Below, in pieces: positions 48,381-58,546 of a stretch of DNA of 64,000 nucleotides. The stretch is taken from positions 70,377-134,376 of the forward strand of contig PSLZ01000002.1 of NCBI GenBank assembly GCA_040289885.1. Reading direction: 5' to 3'. The position numbers were made by a program, and so were the translations under genes. The notes under the pieces were generated by a model. That model was not told the origin of the DNA and searched no databases. It saw only the letters and a list, made by a program, of their open reading frames with translations. The first letter of the stretch is position 1; the number at the start of each line of letters is the position of its first letter. The stretch is from Armatimonadota bacterium (GTDB lineage Bacteria; Armatimonadota; HRBIN16).

Positions 48381-49123
48381 TGAAGCGGCTACTGTGTCGA
48401 TTGGCGGGATACTACCTCGCGCTGTGCGAGGACGACATAGGGAACGGCTTGCCCGGCTGGGTAAGGCGACACCTGCACGTGTGCGCGCACTGTCAGGCGG
48501 AACTGCAGGCGTACCAGCGCACCAGCCAGACCATGCGCCAGTATGCAAGCCGCTTGCCCGACGCACCACCAACCGGATGGCGTCCACTGCAGGTGCGCGA
48601 GCACGCCAGGCGGAGCGCGTTTCCCCTACAGGTTGCGCTGGCACCCGCTCTGCTGGTGCTGCTGGCGCTAGTGGGAGGATGGGCGCTATGGCACAGCATC
48701 TCTCCACGCGCAGGCGATGTCCACGCGCCGCCCCAGATGGCGCAGGGGGTTCCTCAGCCGAAGTCGCCTTCCGCCCTGCTGGATAAAAAGCCGCAGTTCA
48801 CGTCGCCCGATAACGATAACCGCACCAAACCGGTGCCCGTCAGGCGCATCGTCCCACCCGCGACGCCCAAACCCAATCGCTCACCTCAGTACACGCCCCC
48901 GCCTGCTGGGCGACGCCCGCCAAAGCGCGTCTTGGTCGCTGTTCAACCAGCGCCATCAGCTGCCGCTCCTGCAGGCGAGCAGGCGACTGAAGAGCCGTCG
49001 CTGGAACCGCCGGTGCCCGTTCAGCCGGTGGTGGTGGAAGCGCACCCGGTGGCATCCGCTCCTATCCCGGAAGGCTACGTGATGGAGTCTGCCCGTCCTG
49101 CGACGACCGGCGCCATCGAGTAG
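48377..49123 (+). CDS. Zinc-binding (ZAS/zf-HC2) transmembrane anti-sigma factor
   Basis: HLHVCAHC (HxxxCxxC), a single TM helix, Pro-rich periplasmic tail; overlaps the sigma stop. Confidence 0.88.
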   Translation: MMKRLLCRLAGYYLALCEDDIGNGLPGWVRRHLHVCAHCQAELQAYQRTSQTMRQYASRLPDAPPTGWRPLQVREHARRSAFPLQVALAPALLVLLALVGGWALWHSISPRAGDVHAPPQMAQGVPQPKSPSALLDKKPQFTSPDNDNRTKPVPVRRIVPPATPKPNRSPQYTPPPAGRRPPKRVLVAVQPAPSAAAPAGEQATEEPSLEPPVPVQPVVVEAHPVASAPIPEGYVMESARPATTGAIE

Positions 49124-49136
49124 GAGGCGAACGCCT

Positions 49137-50267
49137 ATGCGTATCCTCATCACCCTCTGGTGTATCGTAGGGTTAGCCCTGTCGGCAAACGCGCAAGGAA
49201 CGCTGGAGTCGCTGGAGCGTGAGATCACCGCGTTGGCGCGAAAGGTTCAGGCTGGAGTGGTCTCCGTAGAAGGGGGCGCACTGGTCGTCCCCAACGCACC
49301 GCCGACCGTTCGCGCGGTACCACCACAGAGCGAAGCCGCCCGTCGCTGGCTGGAAGCCATGCGTTTGCTGAACTTGCCCAGCCCCGTGTCCCGCAAGGGA
49401 AGCGGTTTCATCATTGACCGCGACGGGTGGGTATTGACCAGCGCCGACATCGTGCGCGGGGCGGAAACCTGCACCGTACGGCTCGCCGATGGACAGCGGC
49501 TGAAAGCCCGCGTCGTCAGTATCGACGAGGTGACCAACCTCGCCCTAGTGAAATGCTCCGCTCCCACGCCTCAGCCGCTACCGCTGGGCGATTCCGACAA
49601 GGTGGACGTCGGCAATTTGGTGCTGTGCGTGGGCACTCTCGGCGGCTACGAACGCTCGGTGACGCTGGGGCTGGTATCTGGCAAGGAGCGCACGGGGGTG
49701 CTGGGACAGCGGCAGTTTCTATCCAATCTGCTGCAGGTCAGCGGGTCGGTAGGCGCAGGGGGTAGCGGTGCTCCGGTGGTCAACACACGGGGCGAAGTGG
49801 TGGGTATTATCATTGCCACCATCGCGCCGGGCATCGCGCTCCAGCCGCCGAGTGGAGAGGCAAGCACCTCCCCGCCCAGTTTGGGCACGTCGTTGGAGAT
49901 GTCGCTGTTCGGCTCGGCAGGAGGAGCGCTGGCGGTTCCCATTAACGACGTGCGAGCAGTGCTGGACGACATGCGTGCGGGCAAACTACGCCGTGCGTTT
50001 CTTGGCATCATGCCTGCTGACCGCGACGGCGGCGAAGGTGCCGAGGTGGTGCGGGTTGTGCCCAACAGTCCTGCCGCCCGTGCAGGCATCCGGCTAGGCG
50101 ATGTAATCGTCGCCATCAATCGGCTACCGGTGCGCCGCGCGAGTGACGTGAGCCTCATCCTGCGACGCATGAAGCCTGGTCAACGAGCGGAGATAGAAGT
50201 TCTGCGCGCAACCAACCGCCTCCGGCTCACCGTGCAGGTCGGAGAGCGAGGTTCCAGCGAACCATGA
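49137..50267 (+). CDS. HtrA/DegP-like trypsin plus PDZ protein, apparently catalytically inactive
   Basis: Signal peptide, GSGFII, LGDSD, PDZ (AFLGI, SPAARAGI..GDVI); triad positions read TSAD (His to Asp), TNLA (Asp to Asn), GGSGAP. Confidence 0.85.
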   Translation: MRILITLWCIVGLALSANAQGTLESLEREITALARKVQAGVVSVEGGALVVPNAPPTVRAVPPQSEAARRWLEAMRLLNLPSPVSRKGSGFIIDRDGWVLTSADIVRGAETCTVRLADGQRLKARVVSIDEVTNLALVKCSAPTPQPLPLGDSDKVDVGNLVLCVGTLGGYERSVTLGLVSGKERTGVLGQRQFLSNLLQVSGSVGAGGSGAPVVNTRGEVVGIIIATIAPGIALQPPSGEASTSPPSLGTSLEMSLFGSAGGALAVPINDVRAVLDDMRAGKLRRAFLGIMPADRDGGEGAEVVRVVPNSPAARAGIRLGDVIVAINRLPVRRASDVSLILRRMKPGQRAEIEVLRATNRLRLTVQVGERGSSEP

Positions 50268-50731
50268 CCTATCGAGTGCAAACCATCGGTTTCATCGAAG
50301 AGACGATCGCGCCTTCGTTTACCCTGCCATCGGCTCACGACGGCAAGCCGGTATCCCTCTACTCCTTCCGCCAGCGTCAGCCGGTTGCTCTGCTGTTTGT
50401 GCCGTGGTCGGCGCATGGGCCTCTTGTCCTCGCACAGGTCGAAGCCCTACTACCCGGGTTCCTCGACGCCGGCGCCGCCGTCCTGTTGGTTACCCGCGAA
50501 CCGATAACGGACGCTCCCGCGGTGCCTCTGGTGCTGGTAGACCGTGACGGACAGGTGTTTCGGCGATATGAATGCCACTCTCAGAGCGATCTCTGTTTGT
50601 TCGGGCTGGACCGCTACGGAGCGGTAATCCATCAGGCCGCCTGTCGCGTGGAGCAGTTGGGAGCCAGCCTGCGTGCCCTGCTGGACGCCATCGAGTTCTC
50701 CGAGCGTCAGTGCCCCGAGTGAGGGGTATAA
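50264..50731 (+). CDS. Thioredoxin-fold (AhpC/TSA-like) protein with C-terminal CxxU motif; probable selenoprotein
   Basis: APSFTLPS..DGKPVSL..F, LVDRDG, LDRYG Prx-like motifs; ends CAG TGC CCC GAG TGA GGG GTA TAA = QCPE-U-GV-stop. Ends at 50722 if the UGA is a true stop. Confidence 0.75.
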
Positions 50732-50764
50732 CCACCGCGCCGGTCGGCGTGGAGGAAACACCCC
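50723..50764 (+). promoter_or_regulatory. Bacterial SECIS-like hairpin
   Basis: Lower stem GGGGU/ACCCC directly after the UGA; upper stem CCGCGCC/GGCGUGG with a GGUC apical loop starting 19 nt after the UGA. Confidence 0.65.
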
Positions 50765-50780
50765 TTGCACTCGTCGGGGG

Positions 50781-50957
50781 TTATTTCCCCGCCGCGGCGA
50801 GCATCACGCCATAGAAGTCGACAACCACCACCGGCTCGTCGCCTACCACCTAGGCATCATGCCCGGCGGGGATCAGCGAGACATCGCCCGGGCGACACTC
50901 CAGCTCCGTGCCGTCATCCATCTGTACTTTCAGAACGCCCGACACGTGGCGATATAC
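50781..50957 (-). pseudogene. 3' remnant of a cupin-domain gene
   Basis: HVSGVLKVQMDDGTELECRPGDVSLIPAGHDA*VVGDEPVVVVDF: TAG where this cupin family has GHDAWVVG; 5' part missing. Confidence 0.7.
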
Positions 50958-51078
50958 CGCAAGCACATTAAAAATACTGGCGGATTTTGCCGAAACCATC
51001 TCAAAAACCGGCGATAGGGATCTTTCGTGCACCTGGCGAATACATAGTGTGACCAAAATCTTCTATCAGGAGTGAGAG

Positions 51079-52047
51079 ATGCGGACCGTCACTTTACCGA
51101 ACACCCGCCTGCACGTTTCGGCGTTATGTCTGGGCACCGGAGAGCTAGGGGCGTGGCTTACGGGCAGGGATTCCGAACGCCTTTTGGAGGAGTTCCTGAA
51201 ACTCGGAGGCAACTTCGTGGATACCGCCCACTGCTACGCCTTCTGGCTACCGGCTGGGGCTGGCTGTAGCGAGCGCGAGCTGGGCAGAGTCGTCCGCACG
51301 CTCGGTGTCCGCGACCAACTGGTCATCGCCACCAAGGGTGGACATCCTTCGGGTGGGGCGGCTTATCCGCGCCCAGACCGCTACATGGAGCCAGAACTGG
51401 TAACACGTGACCTGATGGAGAGCCTGGAAAGGCTGGAAATGGAGACGGTTGACCTCTATTACCTGCATCGGGATGACCCTCGTGTACCCATCGATGAGAT
51501 AATCGACGCTCTGAACGGGCATATTCGGGCGGGATGGGTTCGCGCCATCGGTGCCAGCAACTGGAGCACCGCGCGTATCGAGCAGGCGAACCGCTACGCT
51601 AGCGAGCACGGCTTGCGCGGATTCGTCATCTCGCAGGTGCAATGGAGCCTCGCCATCCCGAACTGGCAGGTGACCGCCGACCCCACCACGCGCTACGTCA
51701 CCGAAGAAGATGCCGACTGGTACGCCCGACACGCCATCCCCATCTGCGCCTACACTGCAACCGCGCTGGGTTACTTCGCTGGCAGTGCCAAAGGGGAACA
51801 ATCGTTTCACAACCCGGTAAACGCTCAAAGGCGTGAACGTGCTATCCATCTGGCACAGCAACTAGGGGTTACTGCAACGCAGGTTGCGCTGGCGTGGCTA
51901 CTGCATCAGAAGCCAGTCACCATCCCTATCTTTGGTACCACCAACCTGGAACATCTGCGGGAATGCATGCGCTCCGCCGAGATCGCCCTCACCCCTGAAC
52001 AGGTGCAGTGGCTGGCACACGGAGATCGGTCGTACGCGAGCAGTTAG
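51079..52047 (+). CDS. Aldo/keto reductase
   Basis: LCLGT, DTAHCY, IATKGG, DLYYLHRDD, IGASNW, QVALAWL. Confidence 0.93.
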   Translation: MRTVTLPNTRLHVSALCLGTGELGAWLTGRDSERLLEEFLKLGGNFVDTAHCYAFWLPAGAGCSERELGRVVRTLGVRDQLVIATKGGHPSGGAAYPRPDRYMEPELVTRDLMESLERLEMETVDLYYLHRDDPRVPIDEIIDALNGHIRAGWVRAIGASNWSTARIEQANRYASEHGLRGFVISQVQWSLAIPNWQVTADPTTRYVTEEDADWYARHAIPICAYTATALGYFAGSAKGEQSFHNPVNAQRRERAIHLAQQLGVTATQVALAWLLHQKPVTIPIFGTTNLEHLRECMRSAEIALTPEQVQWLAHGDRSYASS

Positions 52048-52158
52048 CACAGCGTTGGAACTCAGCACCAGCCGCACCCTTGAAAGGACAAGCGCACACC
52101 ATAACAGAACTGACAAGGTGGTGGTGTTTGCCCCAATTTCACCTGAGGAGGGTTCCGG

Positions 52159-53109
52159 ATGAACTTCAAACGTCTCGGCAGAACCGGTCTGTGGGTATCG
52201 GAACTGTGTATGGGCTGTATGACCTTCGGCGGGGAAGCGGATGAAGCCACCTCCATCGCCATGGTGGAGCGATGCCTGGAGGCAGGCATCAACTTCTTCG
52301 ACACCGCTAACGTCTACACCGGCGGGCGTTCGGAAGAGATTTTGGGCAAAGCGTTGAAACCGCACCGCGACCAGGTGGTGCTTGCCACCAAGGTGCGCGC
52401 TCGTGTGGCGGAAGGTGCCAACGGCGAAGGGCTATCGCGCTACCACATCATGCGGGAGGTAGAAAACAGCCTGCGCCGGCTGAAGACGGATGTCATCGAC
52501 CTCTACCAAGTGCACTCGTGGGACGAGAACACCCCGCTGGACGAGACGCTGAGCACGCTGAACGACCTGGTGCGCCAGGGCAAAGTGCGTTATATCGGCT
52601 GTTCCAACTTCGCCGCCTGGCAGTTGTGTAAGGCGCTGTGGCTCAGCGACAAGCACGATTGGGCACGCTTCGACAGCATCCAGCCCCGTTACAACCTGAT
52701 CGACCGCGTAATCGAACTGGAGCTCCTGCCGCTGTGCACTGCGGAAGGGGTGGGCGTGATGGTCTACAGCCCGCTTGCGGGAGGCATCCTCACCGGCAAG
52801 TATCGTCCGGGTGAGCCACCCCCGCCTGGCACCCGCGCCGCTGAGAACAAATGGTTCGCCGAGCGACGCGCCCAGCCGCATAACATCGAACGGGCACAAC
52901 GCATCGTGGAGGTCATGAAACGCTTCGACCGCCCCGTGGTGCAAACGGCGATCGCCTGGACCATTAGCAACCCTGCGGTGACGTGTGCCATCATCGGGGC
53001 GCGCAACATGGACCAGCTTAACCTGATGCTGAACAACTGGTGCGGCCCCCTGCCCGCGGAGGAGAAGGCGATACTGGACGAGGCAAGTGCACTGCCACCG
53101 CTTCACTAG
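52159..53109 (+). CDS. Aldo/keto reductase
   Basis: [48 protein letters not shown]. Confidence 0.94.
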   Translation: MNFKRLGRTGLWVSELCMGCMTFGGEADEATSIAMVERCLEAGINFFDTANVYTGGRSEEILGKALKPHRDQVVLATKVRARVAEGANGEGLSRYHIMREVENSLRRLKTDVIDLYQVHSWDENTPLDETLSTLNDLVRQGKVRYIGCSNFAAWQLCKALWLSDKHDWARFDSIQPRYNLIDRVIELELLPLCTAEGVGVMVYSPLAGGILTGKYRPGEPPPPGTRAAENKWFAERRAQPHNIERAQRIVEVMKRFDRPVVQTAIAWTISNPAVTCAIIGARNMDQLNLMLNNWCGPLPAEEKAILDEASALPPLH

Positions 53110-53918
53110 GAGAGCTCGTTTGCCCGTTCAATCGCGGCAGCGACCGCTTCGATGAGCGCAGAACGCACCCCAGCGCGTTCCATCACTACCAGCGCGGCGA
53201 TGGTGGTGCCTGCAGGGGTGGTGACCATGTCCTTCAACTGCGCTGGATGCATGCCCGTCTCCAGCACCATTTTCGCCGCACCCAGCAGGGTCTGCGCCGC
53301 CAGGAAGGTGGCGATGTCGCGCGGTAGTCCTGCTCGTACTCCCCCATCCGACAGCGCTTCGATCATCAGATAAGCGTAGGCGGGACCGCTGCCGCTGATG
53401 GCGGTTACCGCGTTCAGCAGGTGTTCCTCCACCTCCACCGCCTCGCCAAACGAGGTAAATATCTCGTGCGCGGCGGCGGCATGCTCTTCGGTGGCGTAGC
53501 GCCCTCGCGAGTAAGCAGCTGCTCCTGCGCCCACAATCGCGCAGGTGTTGGGCATGGCGCGAATCACCGGTGTGCCGGGAGGCAGTAGGTCCTCAATACG
53601 GGCGATGGGAACCCCTGCGGCAATGGAGATGACCAGTTTCTCGGGCGTGATCACCTCCGCGATCTGCTCGACCACGTCGTGAATCAGATACGGCTTCACA
53701 CACAGCATCACGATGTCCGCCTGACGCGCCGCCTCTACATTCGACCCCGCCGAGCGGATGCCCAGCGCCTTCACCAGCGCCTCCACCTTCTCGTGATGCA
53801 CGTCGGTTGCGACGATCTGTGTCGGCTCCACTGCCCCCGCCTTCAGCAGACCGCGACATGTCGCCGAACCCATCGCGCCCGTGCCGATAACGGCTATGGT
53901 TTTCCCCTGCAAGCTCAC
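53106..53918 (-). CDS. proC: Pyrroline-5-carboxylate reductase
   Basis: IGTGAMG, VKP, SIAAG, RAMPN, SGSGPAY, VTTPAGTT. Confidence 0.96.
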   Translation of the reverse strand: MSLQGKTIAVIGTGAMGSATCRGLLKAGAVEPTQIVATDVHHEKVEALVKALGIRSAGSNVEAARQADIVMLCVKPYLIHDVVEQIAEVITPEKLVISIAAGVPIARIEDLLPPGTPVIRAMPNTCAIVGAGAAAYSRGRYATEEHAAAAHEIFTSFGEAVEVEEHLLNAVTAISGSGPAYAYLMIEALSDGGVRAGLPRDIATFLAAQTLLGAAKMVLETGMHPAQLKDMVTTPAGTTIAALVVMERAGVRSALIEAVAAAIERANELS

Positions 53919-54340
53919 CGTTCGCGCTCACTCCAAGACCCGTTGTGGAAGTCCTCGACGTTGGTCGTCTCTACCTGCACGTTGGCGGGGGCGAACAGGA
54001 ACACCTGCTCATGCACGCGCTCCACCGTGCCCTCCAGCGCATACACTACGCCCCCTAGAAAGTCCACCACCCGCTCGCGCAAGCGAGCATCCGCATACTG
54101 AAAGTTCACCAACTGCTGATGTCCCGCTTTCAGACCGTCCGCGGCACGCCGGGCATCTTCCATCGTTCGCGCATACACCACGTTCACCCGCTGAGCCGCC
54201 CGGGCGTGCAGGCGGATGACCGTTGCTCCGTCCTCCTCCTCGTCCTCACCTGTCCCGAACAGCCGCTCGCGCAGTCGCGCCCACCACGAGCGACCCTCTT
54301 CTTGCTCAAGCGGTTCCTGCACCCTCTCACCCTCCTTCAC
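53915..54340 (-). CDS. sepF: Cell division protein SepF
   Basis: RVVDFLGGVVYALEG...FLFAP.NV; between yggS and proC. Confidence 0.9.
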   Translation of the reverse strand: MKEGERVQEPLEQEEGRSWWARLRERLFGTGEDEEEDGATVIRLHARAAQRVNVVYARTMEDARRAADGLKAGHQQLVNFQYADARLRERVVDFLGGVVYALEGTVERVHEQVFLFAPANVQVETTNVEDFHNGSWSERER

Positions 54341-55014
54341 AGGCGCGGTCCGAAAATCGCCGTGCCGATTCGTACCATCGTCGCGCCCTCTTCGATAGCC
54401 ACCTCAAAATCCTGCGTCATGCCCATCGACAAGTGCCCCCGATGGTCGGCAGGCAGTTGGTCAAACAGTCGACGCAGTTCGGCAAAGTATGGACGCGCCT
54501 CTTCCGCCCGCTCTACGATCGGCGCCATACCCATGAAACCTTCCAACCGCACATTCGGCAGCCGCGCTATCTGCTCCGCCAGCAACAACGCGGATTCGGG
54601 GGCCACCCCATATTTCTGCGGCTCACGGGCGATGTTCACCTCAATCAACACACGCTGTCGCTTTCCCACTGCCTGCGCTCGTCGGTTAATCTCCTGAGCC
54701 AGCTCCAGGTCGTCAACGGTGTGTATCCACTCGAAAAGAGGGACGACTCCTCGCACTTTGTTCTTCTGCAGGTGTCCAATGAAATGCCACTGCACCGGAG
54801 CCTGAACGGCAGGGATTTTCGCACGCGCTTCTTGATAGTAGTTCTCTCCAAAATGGCGGATTCCTGCCGAGATCGCCTGCTCGATGCGCGCCACGTCCAC
54901 GCTTTTCGAGACGGCAATGAGAATGACCTCTTCCGGTTTGCGCCCAACGCGGGCACACGCCTGTGCGGTCCGCTCACGCACTTCCGCTACGTTGCGCGCG
55001 ATATCCACCGTCAT
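54337..55014 (-). CDS. yggS: PLP homeostasis protein (YggS/PLPBP)
   Basis: IAVSK, FGENYYQE, WHFIGHLQKNK, LSMGM..D, EGATMVRIGTAIFG. Confidence 0.96.
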   Translation of the reverse strand: MTVDIARNVAEVRERTAQACARVGRKPEEVILIAVSKSVDVARIEQAISAGIRHFGENYYQEARAKIPAVQAPVQWHFIGHLQKNKVRGVVPLFEWIHTVDDLELAQEINRRAQAVGKRQRVLIEVNIAREPQKYGVAPESALLLAEQIARLPNVRLEGFMGMAPIVERAEEARPYFAELRRLFDQLPADHRGHLSMGMTQDFEVAIEEGATMVRIGTAIFGPRL

Positions 55015-55017
55015 GGC

Positions 55018-55728
55018 TCAGGAGCCGTTATCGCCGTTTTCTTCGGGAGTCCAGGTGCCGCTATGGCTGGCAGCGAGCTGCCTCAGCACACCCGTCTCCA
55101 CAAACACCACCCGTTCGGCAACGTTGACCGCATGGTCCGCACACCGCTCCAGATAGTAGATGACCAGAAGCATCAGTGTACAGGCTTCCAGATTGGTGGG
55201 GCTGATCTGCATCGCGGAGATGATGGCTCGCCGCATCCGCCGGTAGAGCTTGTCTACCTCGTTGTCCATCTCGCACACGTCATACGCCATCTCCAGGTCG
55301 TGCTGGGTGAACGAATCGAGGCTTCCCCGAATCATCGCACAGACCTTCTCCTTCATCAGGGGCACGTCCACCAGCGTGATCACGTTCGGGTAGTCTTTGA
55401 GATGCACCGCTGCTTTGGCGATGTCCACCGAGTGATCCCCGATGCGTTCGAGGTCAGTGATGGTCTTGAGCACGGTGCCGATCAGGCGCAGGTCGCGCGC
55501 CATCGGTTGCTGAAGAGCCAGCAAGCGCAGACAATGCATCTCGATGTTGACGTCCATCTCATCGACGTCGTCATCCCGACGCACGATCTCTTTGGCAAGC
55601 TCCTCGTCGCGATTGCACAGTGACTGCACGGCGTGATCCAGCATCTGCTCTACGTAACTGCCCATAGCCAGCAGTTCGTTCTGCAGAAGCTGCAGCTCTT
55701 CATCGAAAGCATGGCGCACGACAGACAT
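55018..55728 (-). CDS. phoU: Phosphate signalling protein PhoU
   Basis: QQPMARDLR, DLERIGDH, LERCADHAVN; start at ATG 55728 with AGGAGA RBS. Confidence 0.95.
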   Translation of the reverse strand: MSVVRHAFDEELQLLQNELLAMGSYVEQMLDHAVQSLCNRDEELAKEIVRRDDDVDEMDVNIEMHCLRLLALQQPMARDLRLIGTVLKTITDLERIGDHSVDIAKAAVHLKDYPNVITLVDVPLMKEKVCAMIRGSLDSFTQHDLEMAYDVCEMDNEVDKLYRRMRRAIISAMQISPTNLEACTLMLLVIYYLERCADHAVNVAERVVFVETGVLRQLAASHSGTWTPEENGDNGS

Positions 55729-55840
55729 TGCAGACAGGATTCTCCTTCCTGACCCTCTGGGTTTAGTATCATTATACATTATTATTATTCCATCCAGGTA
55801 CAGGAGCTCCCAAAGTTGCACAATCTACCCCACAAGTGGT

Positions 55841-56713
55841 TTACCCGAAACGCCCGCGGATGTAGTCTTCCGTCTCGCGCCGGTCGGGATTGGTAAATAT
55901 CTTGGCGGTCCCCCCAAACTCGTACAGCTCGCCCTTATAGAAAAAGCCCGTGAACTGACTGACTCGCGCTGCCTGCTGCATGTTGTGCGTCACGATGACG
56001 ATCGTATAACGGCTTTTCAGCTCCTGCATTAACTCCTCGATGCGGAAGGTGGCGGTCGGGTCTAGTGCGGAAGCTGGCTCGTCCATCAGCAATACCTCAG
56101 GTTCCACCGCCAGCACGCGCGCGATGCACAGACGCTGTTGTTGTCCGCCCGACAACGCCAGTGCGGACTGCCTCAGCTTATCCTTCACCTCGTCCCACAA
56201 AGCTGCCTGCCGCAAACTGCGCTCTACAATCTCATTGAGCACCGTGCGACGCCGAATGCCGTGGATGCGCGGTCCATACGCGACGTTATCGTAGATGGAC
56301 ATCGGAAACGGGTTTGGGCGTTGAAACACCATCCCCACCCGACGCCGTAAAGCCACCACATCGGTACGGGCAGAGTTGATCTCTTCACCGTCCAACGTCA
56401 CCGAGCCTTCCACACGCACCCCTTCAATCAAATCGTTCATGCGGTTCAGACAGCGCAGGAAGGTGGACTTGCCACAGCCCGAGGGACCGATGAGCGCAGT
56501 GATGCGGTTGGGCAGGATGTCCAGGTTCACATCCTTAATCGCGTGGAAACTGCCGTAGTAGACATTAAGATTGCGCGTGCTGATTTTCGGCTGGGTGGGA
56601 GTAGTCACCTCCTCCCGCCGCGGGAATACCACGGTCGCCATGGATGCATCCTCCTGCATCGACACTTCAGGTTGGACAGCCAGACCGGAAAAACCTTCCT
56701 CCATGTGCTTCAC
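55841..56713 (-). CDS. pstB: Phosphate ABC transporter ATPase
   Basis: [35 protein letters not shown]. Confidence 0.97.
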   Translation of the reverse strand: MKHMEEGFSGLAVQPEVSMQEDASMATVVFPRREEVTTPTQPKISTRNLNVYYGSFHAIKDVNLDILPNRITALIGPSGCGKSTFLRCLNRMNDLIEGVRVEGSVTLDGEEINSARTDVVALRRRVGMVFQRPNPFPMSIYDNVAYGPRIHGIRRRTVLNEIVERSLRQAALWDEVKDKLRQSALALSGGQQQRLCIARVLAVEPEVLLMDEPASALDPTATFRIEELMQELKSRYTIVIVTHNMQQAARVSQFTGFFYKGELYEFGGTAKIFTNPDRRETEDYIRGRFG

Positions 56714-57567
56714 CTCAACGCACGGAACCGTTCACGGGTGGACACGCGCGCAACAACGTTTAACACCAGCACCACAAGAATCAGCACCAGCGCCGCCGCC
56801 CATGCCTGCTGATGCCAGCTTTCGTAAGGGGACTTGGCGTATTCGTAAATCTGCGTGGGCAGGTTAGCCATGGGGCGGTCTAGATACAGATTCCAGAAGC
56901 GATTACCCAGCGCAGTGAACAGCAAGGGCGCTGCCTCGCCGAACACGCGCGCCAGCGCCAGCATCACCCCCGTGACGATGCCACCTCGCGCCGCCGGCAG
57001 AACCACGCTCCACATCGTGCGGGCGTAGGTCGCCCCTAAACCCAGCGAGGCTTCGCGCAGAGCGTTAGGTACGGCGCGCACCATCTCCTCGGTGGTGCGC
57101 GTGATCATCGGTATCATGATGAACGCCAGCGCGACCCCTCCCGCCAGCGCGGAAAAGGAACGCATCGGCACCACCAGCAGTGCCCACACCGAGACCCCGA
57201 TGACGATGCTGGGCACGCCGTTGAGCACATCCGCCACGAAACGCACTAGGTTCGCATATCGGCTCTGCCCAAACTCCGCCAGATACATCCCCGCCCCAAC
57301 GCCTATCGGCAATGATAGTATCAGCGCCAGTCCAACCATGTAGAAACTGCCCACGATGGCGTTCGCCATCCCTCCGCCTGGCTCCCCCGGAGGTTTGGGC
57401 AAAGAGGTGAGAAACTCCAGGTTCACGGAGCGGATGCCGTTGGCGATCAGATAGGCGAGGATAATGAACACCGGCGCCATCACCGCCACGGCGCAAATGC
57501 CCGTGAGCGTTAAGGTGCTCAGGTTCCAAAACCGGCGCCACCGTTCATAGATGCCTAGCATACGCAT
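56710..57567 (-). CDS. pstA: Phosphate ABC transporter permease
   Basis: [29 protein letters not shown]. Confidence 0.95.
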   Translation of the reverse strand: MRMLGIYERWRRFWNLSTLTLTGICAVAVMAPVFIILAYLIANGIRSVNLEFLTSLPKPPGEPGGGMANAIVGSFYMVGLALILSLPIGVGAGMYLAEFGQSRYANLVRFVADVLNGVPSIVIGVSVWALLVVPMRSFSALAGGVALAFIMIPMITRTTEEMVRAVPNALREASLGLGATYARTMWSVVLPAARGGIVTGVMLALARVFGEAAPLLFTALGNRFWNLYLDRPMANLPTQIYEYAKSPYESWHQQAWAAALVLILVVLVLNVVARVSTRERFRALR

Positions 57568-58541
57568 CAGCGCCGCACCTCCCCTCGCGTGACCTGCCAT
57601 ACCAGCAGGCGCGCCAGCGCATTGATGAACAGGGTGATGACGAACAACAGCAGACCCAGTTCCGTTAGCGCGGATAGGTACAGCGGCGAGGTCGCCTCGG
57701 TGAACTCGTTGGCGATAACGCTCGCCATCGTGTAGCCGGGCTGAAGCAGAGAAAAGGTGATCTCGGGGCGGTTGCCGATGACCATGGTCACCGCCATCGT
57801 CTCACCTACCGCACGTCCGTAGCCCAGAATAATCGCGCCCAGAATGCCCACGCGCGCATAGCGCAGAACGACCCATCGAACGGTCTCCCACTGTGTCGCG
57901 CCAAGCCCGTAAGAAGCCTCCCGCTGTGCCTGCGGCACTGCCAGAATGACCTCCCGCGACACAGCGGTGATATAGGGAATAATCATCACCGCCAGAACGA
58001 GGATCGCCGCCATCATGCTGACACCAACCGGGGGACCTTCGAACAGGGGAGTATGCCCGAAGCGTTGAGCCAGCGGAACCTGAACGTGCTCACGAAGCCA
58101 GGGCACCATCACAAATACACCCCACAAACCGTACACCACCGACGGGATCGCCGCCAGTAGTTCCACCGCAAACGAGACCGGCTGTCTCAGCCAGCGTGGG
58201 GCAACCTCTGCGGTAAAGATGGCTGTGCCCAGACTGAGCGGCACGGCAATGAGCAACGCGGCAATGGATGTTACTAGCGTTCCCCAGATAAAGGGCAGGG
58301 CACCGAACTGCTCACGCACCGGGTCCCAGTCGCGCGATACCCAGAACCGCCACCCAAACTTGCGGATGCTTAGCGCCGAGGATTGCCACAATTCATGGGC
58401 AAAGAACAACAGCAAAACGATGAGCACCGAAGCACATATCATAGCTACCGCCCGAAACAGGCGGTCCGACCAGAACGTTCCCGCTCTTTGGCGTAGCTGT
58501 GCCTTCGGTGCGGCAGGTTCTGCTGTTGTTGCTTTGCCCAT
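57567..58541 (-). CDS. pstC: Phosphate ABC transporter permease
   Basis: WDP, ELLAAIPSVVYGLWG, GRAVGETMAV, IANEF. Confidence 0.96.
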   Translation of the reverse strand: MGKATTAEPAAPKAQLRQRAGTFWSDRLFRAVAMICASVLIVLLLFFAHELWQSSALSIRKFGWRFWVSRDWDPVREQFGALPFIWGTLVTSIAALLIAVPLSLGTAIFTAEVAPRWLRQPVSFAVELLAAIPSVVYGLWGVFVMVPWLREHVQVPLAQRFGHTPLFEGPPVGVSMMAAILVLAVMIIPYITAVSREVILAVPQAQREASYGLGATQWETVRWVVLRYARVGILGAIILGYGRAVGETMAVTMVIGNRPEITFSLLQPGYTMASVIANEFTEATSPLYLSALTELGLLLFVITLFINALARLLVWQVTRGEVRR

Positions 58542-58546
58542 CCCGC

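Noticed and set aside
47592-48707. Long N-terminal extension of the DUF62 ORF (654 aa in the track)
   Set aside because: It is the antisense shadow of the ECF sigma and anti-sigma genes; DUF62 homology begins at MNSVITLLTDFG (47591).
11019-50852. In-frame TAG codons in three interrupted genes suggesting amber recoding or pyrrolysine
   Set aside because: Many intact genes here end in TAG, each of these genes carries other lesions, and TGG or CAG to TAG is a simple transition.
54223-55623. 466-aa plus-strand ORF, and similar ones such as 7435-8472, 17045-18091 and 27232-28116
   Set aside because: Antisense to well-supported genes, with low-information composition expected from high-GC codon bias.
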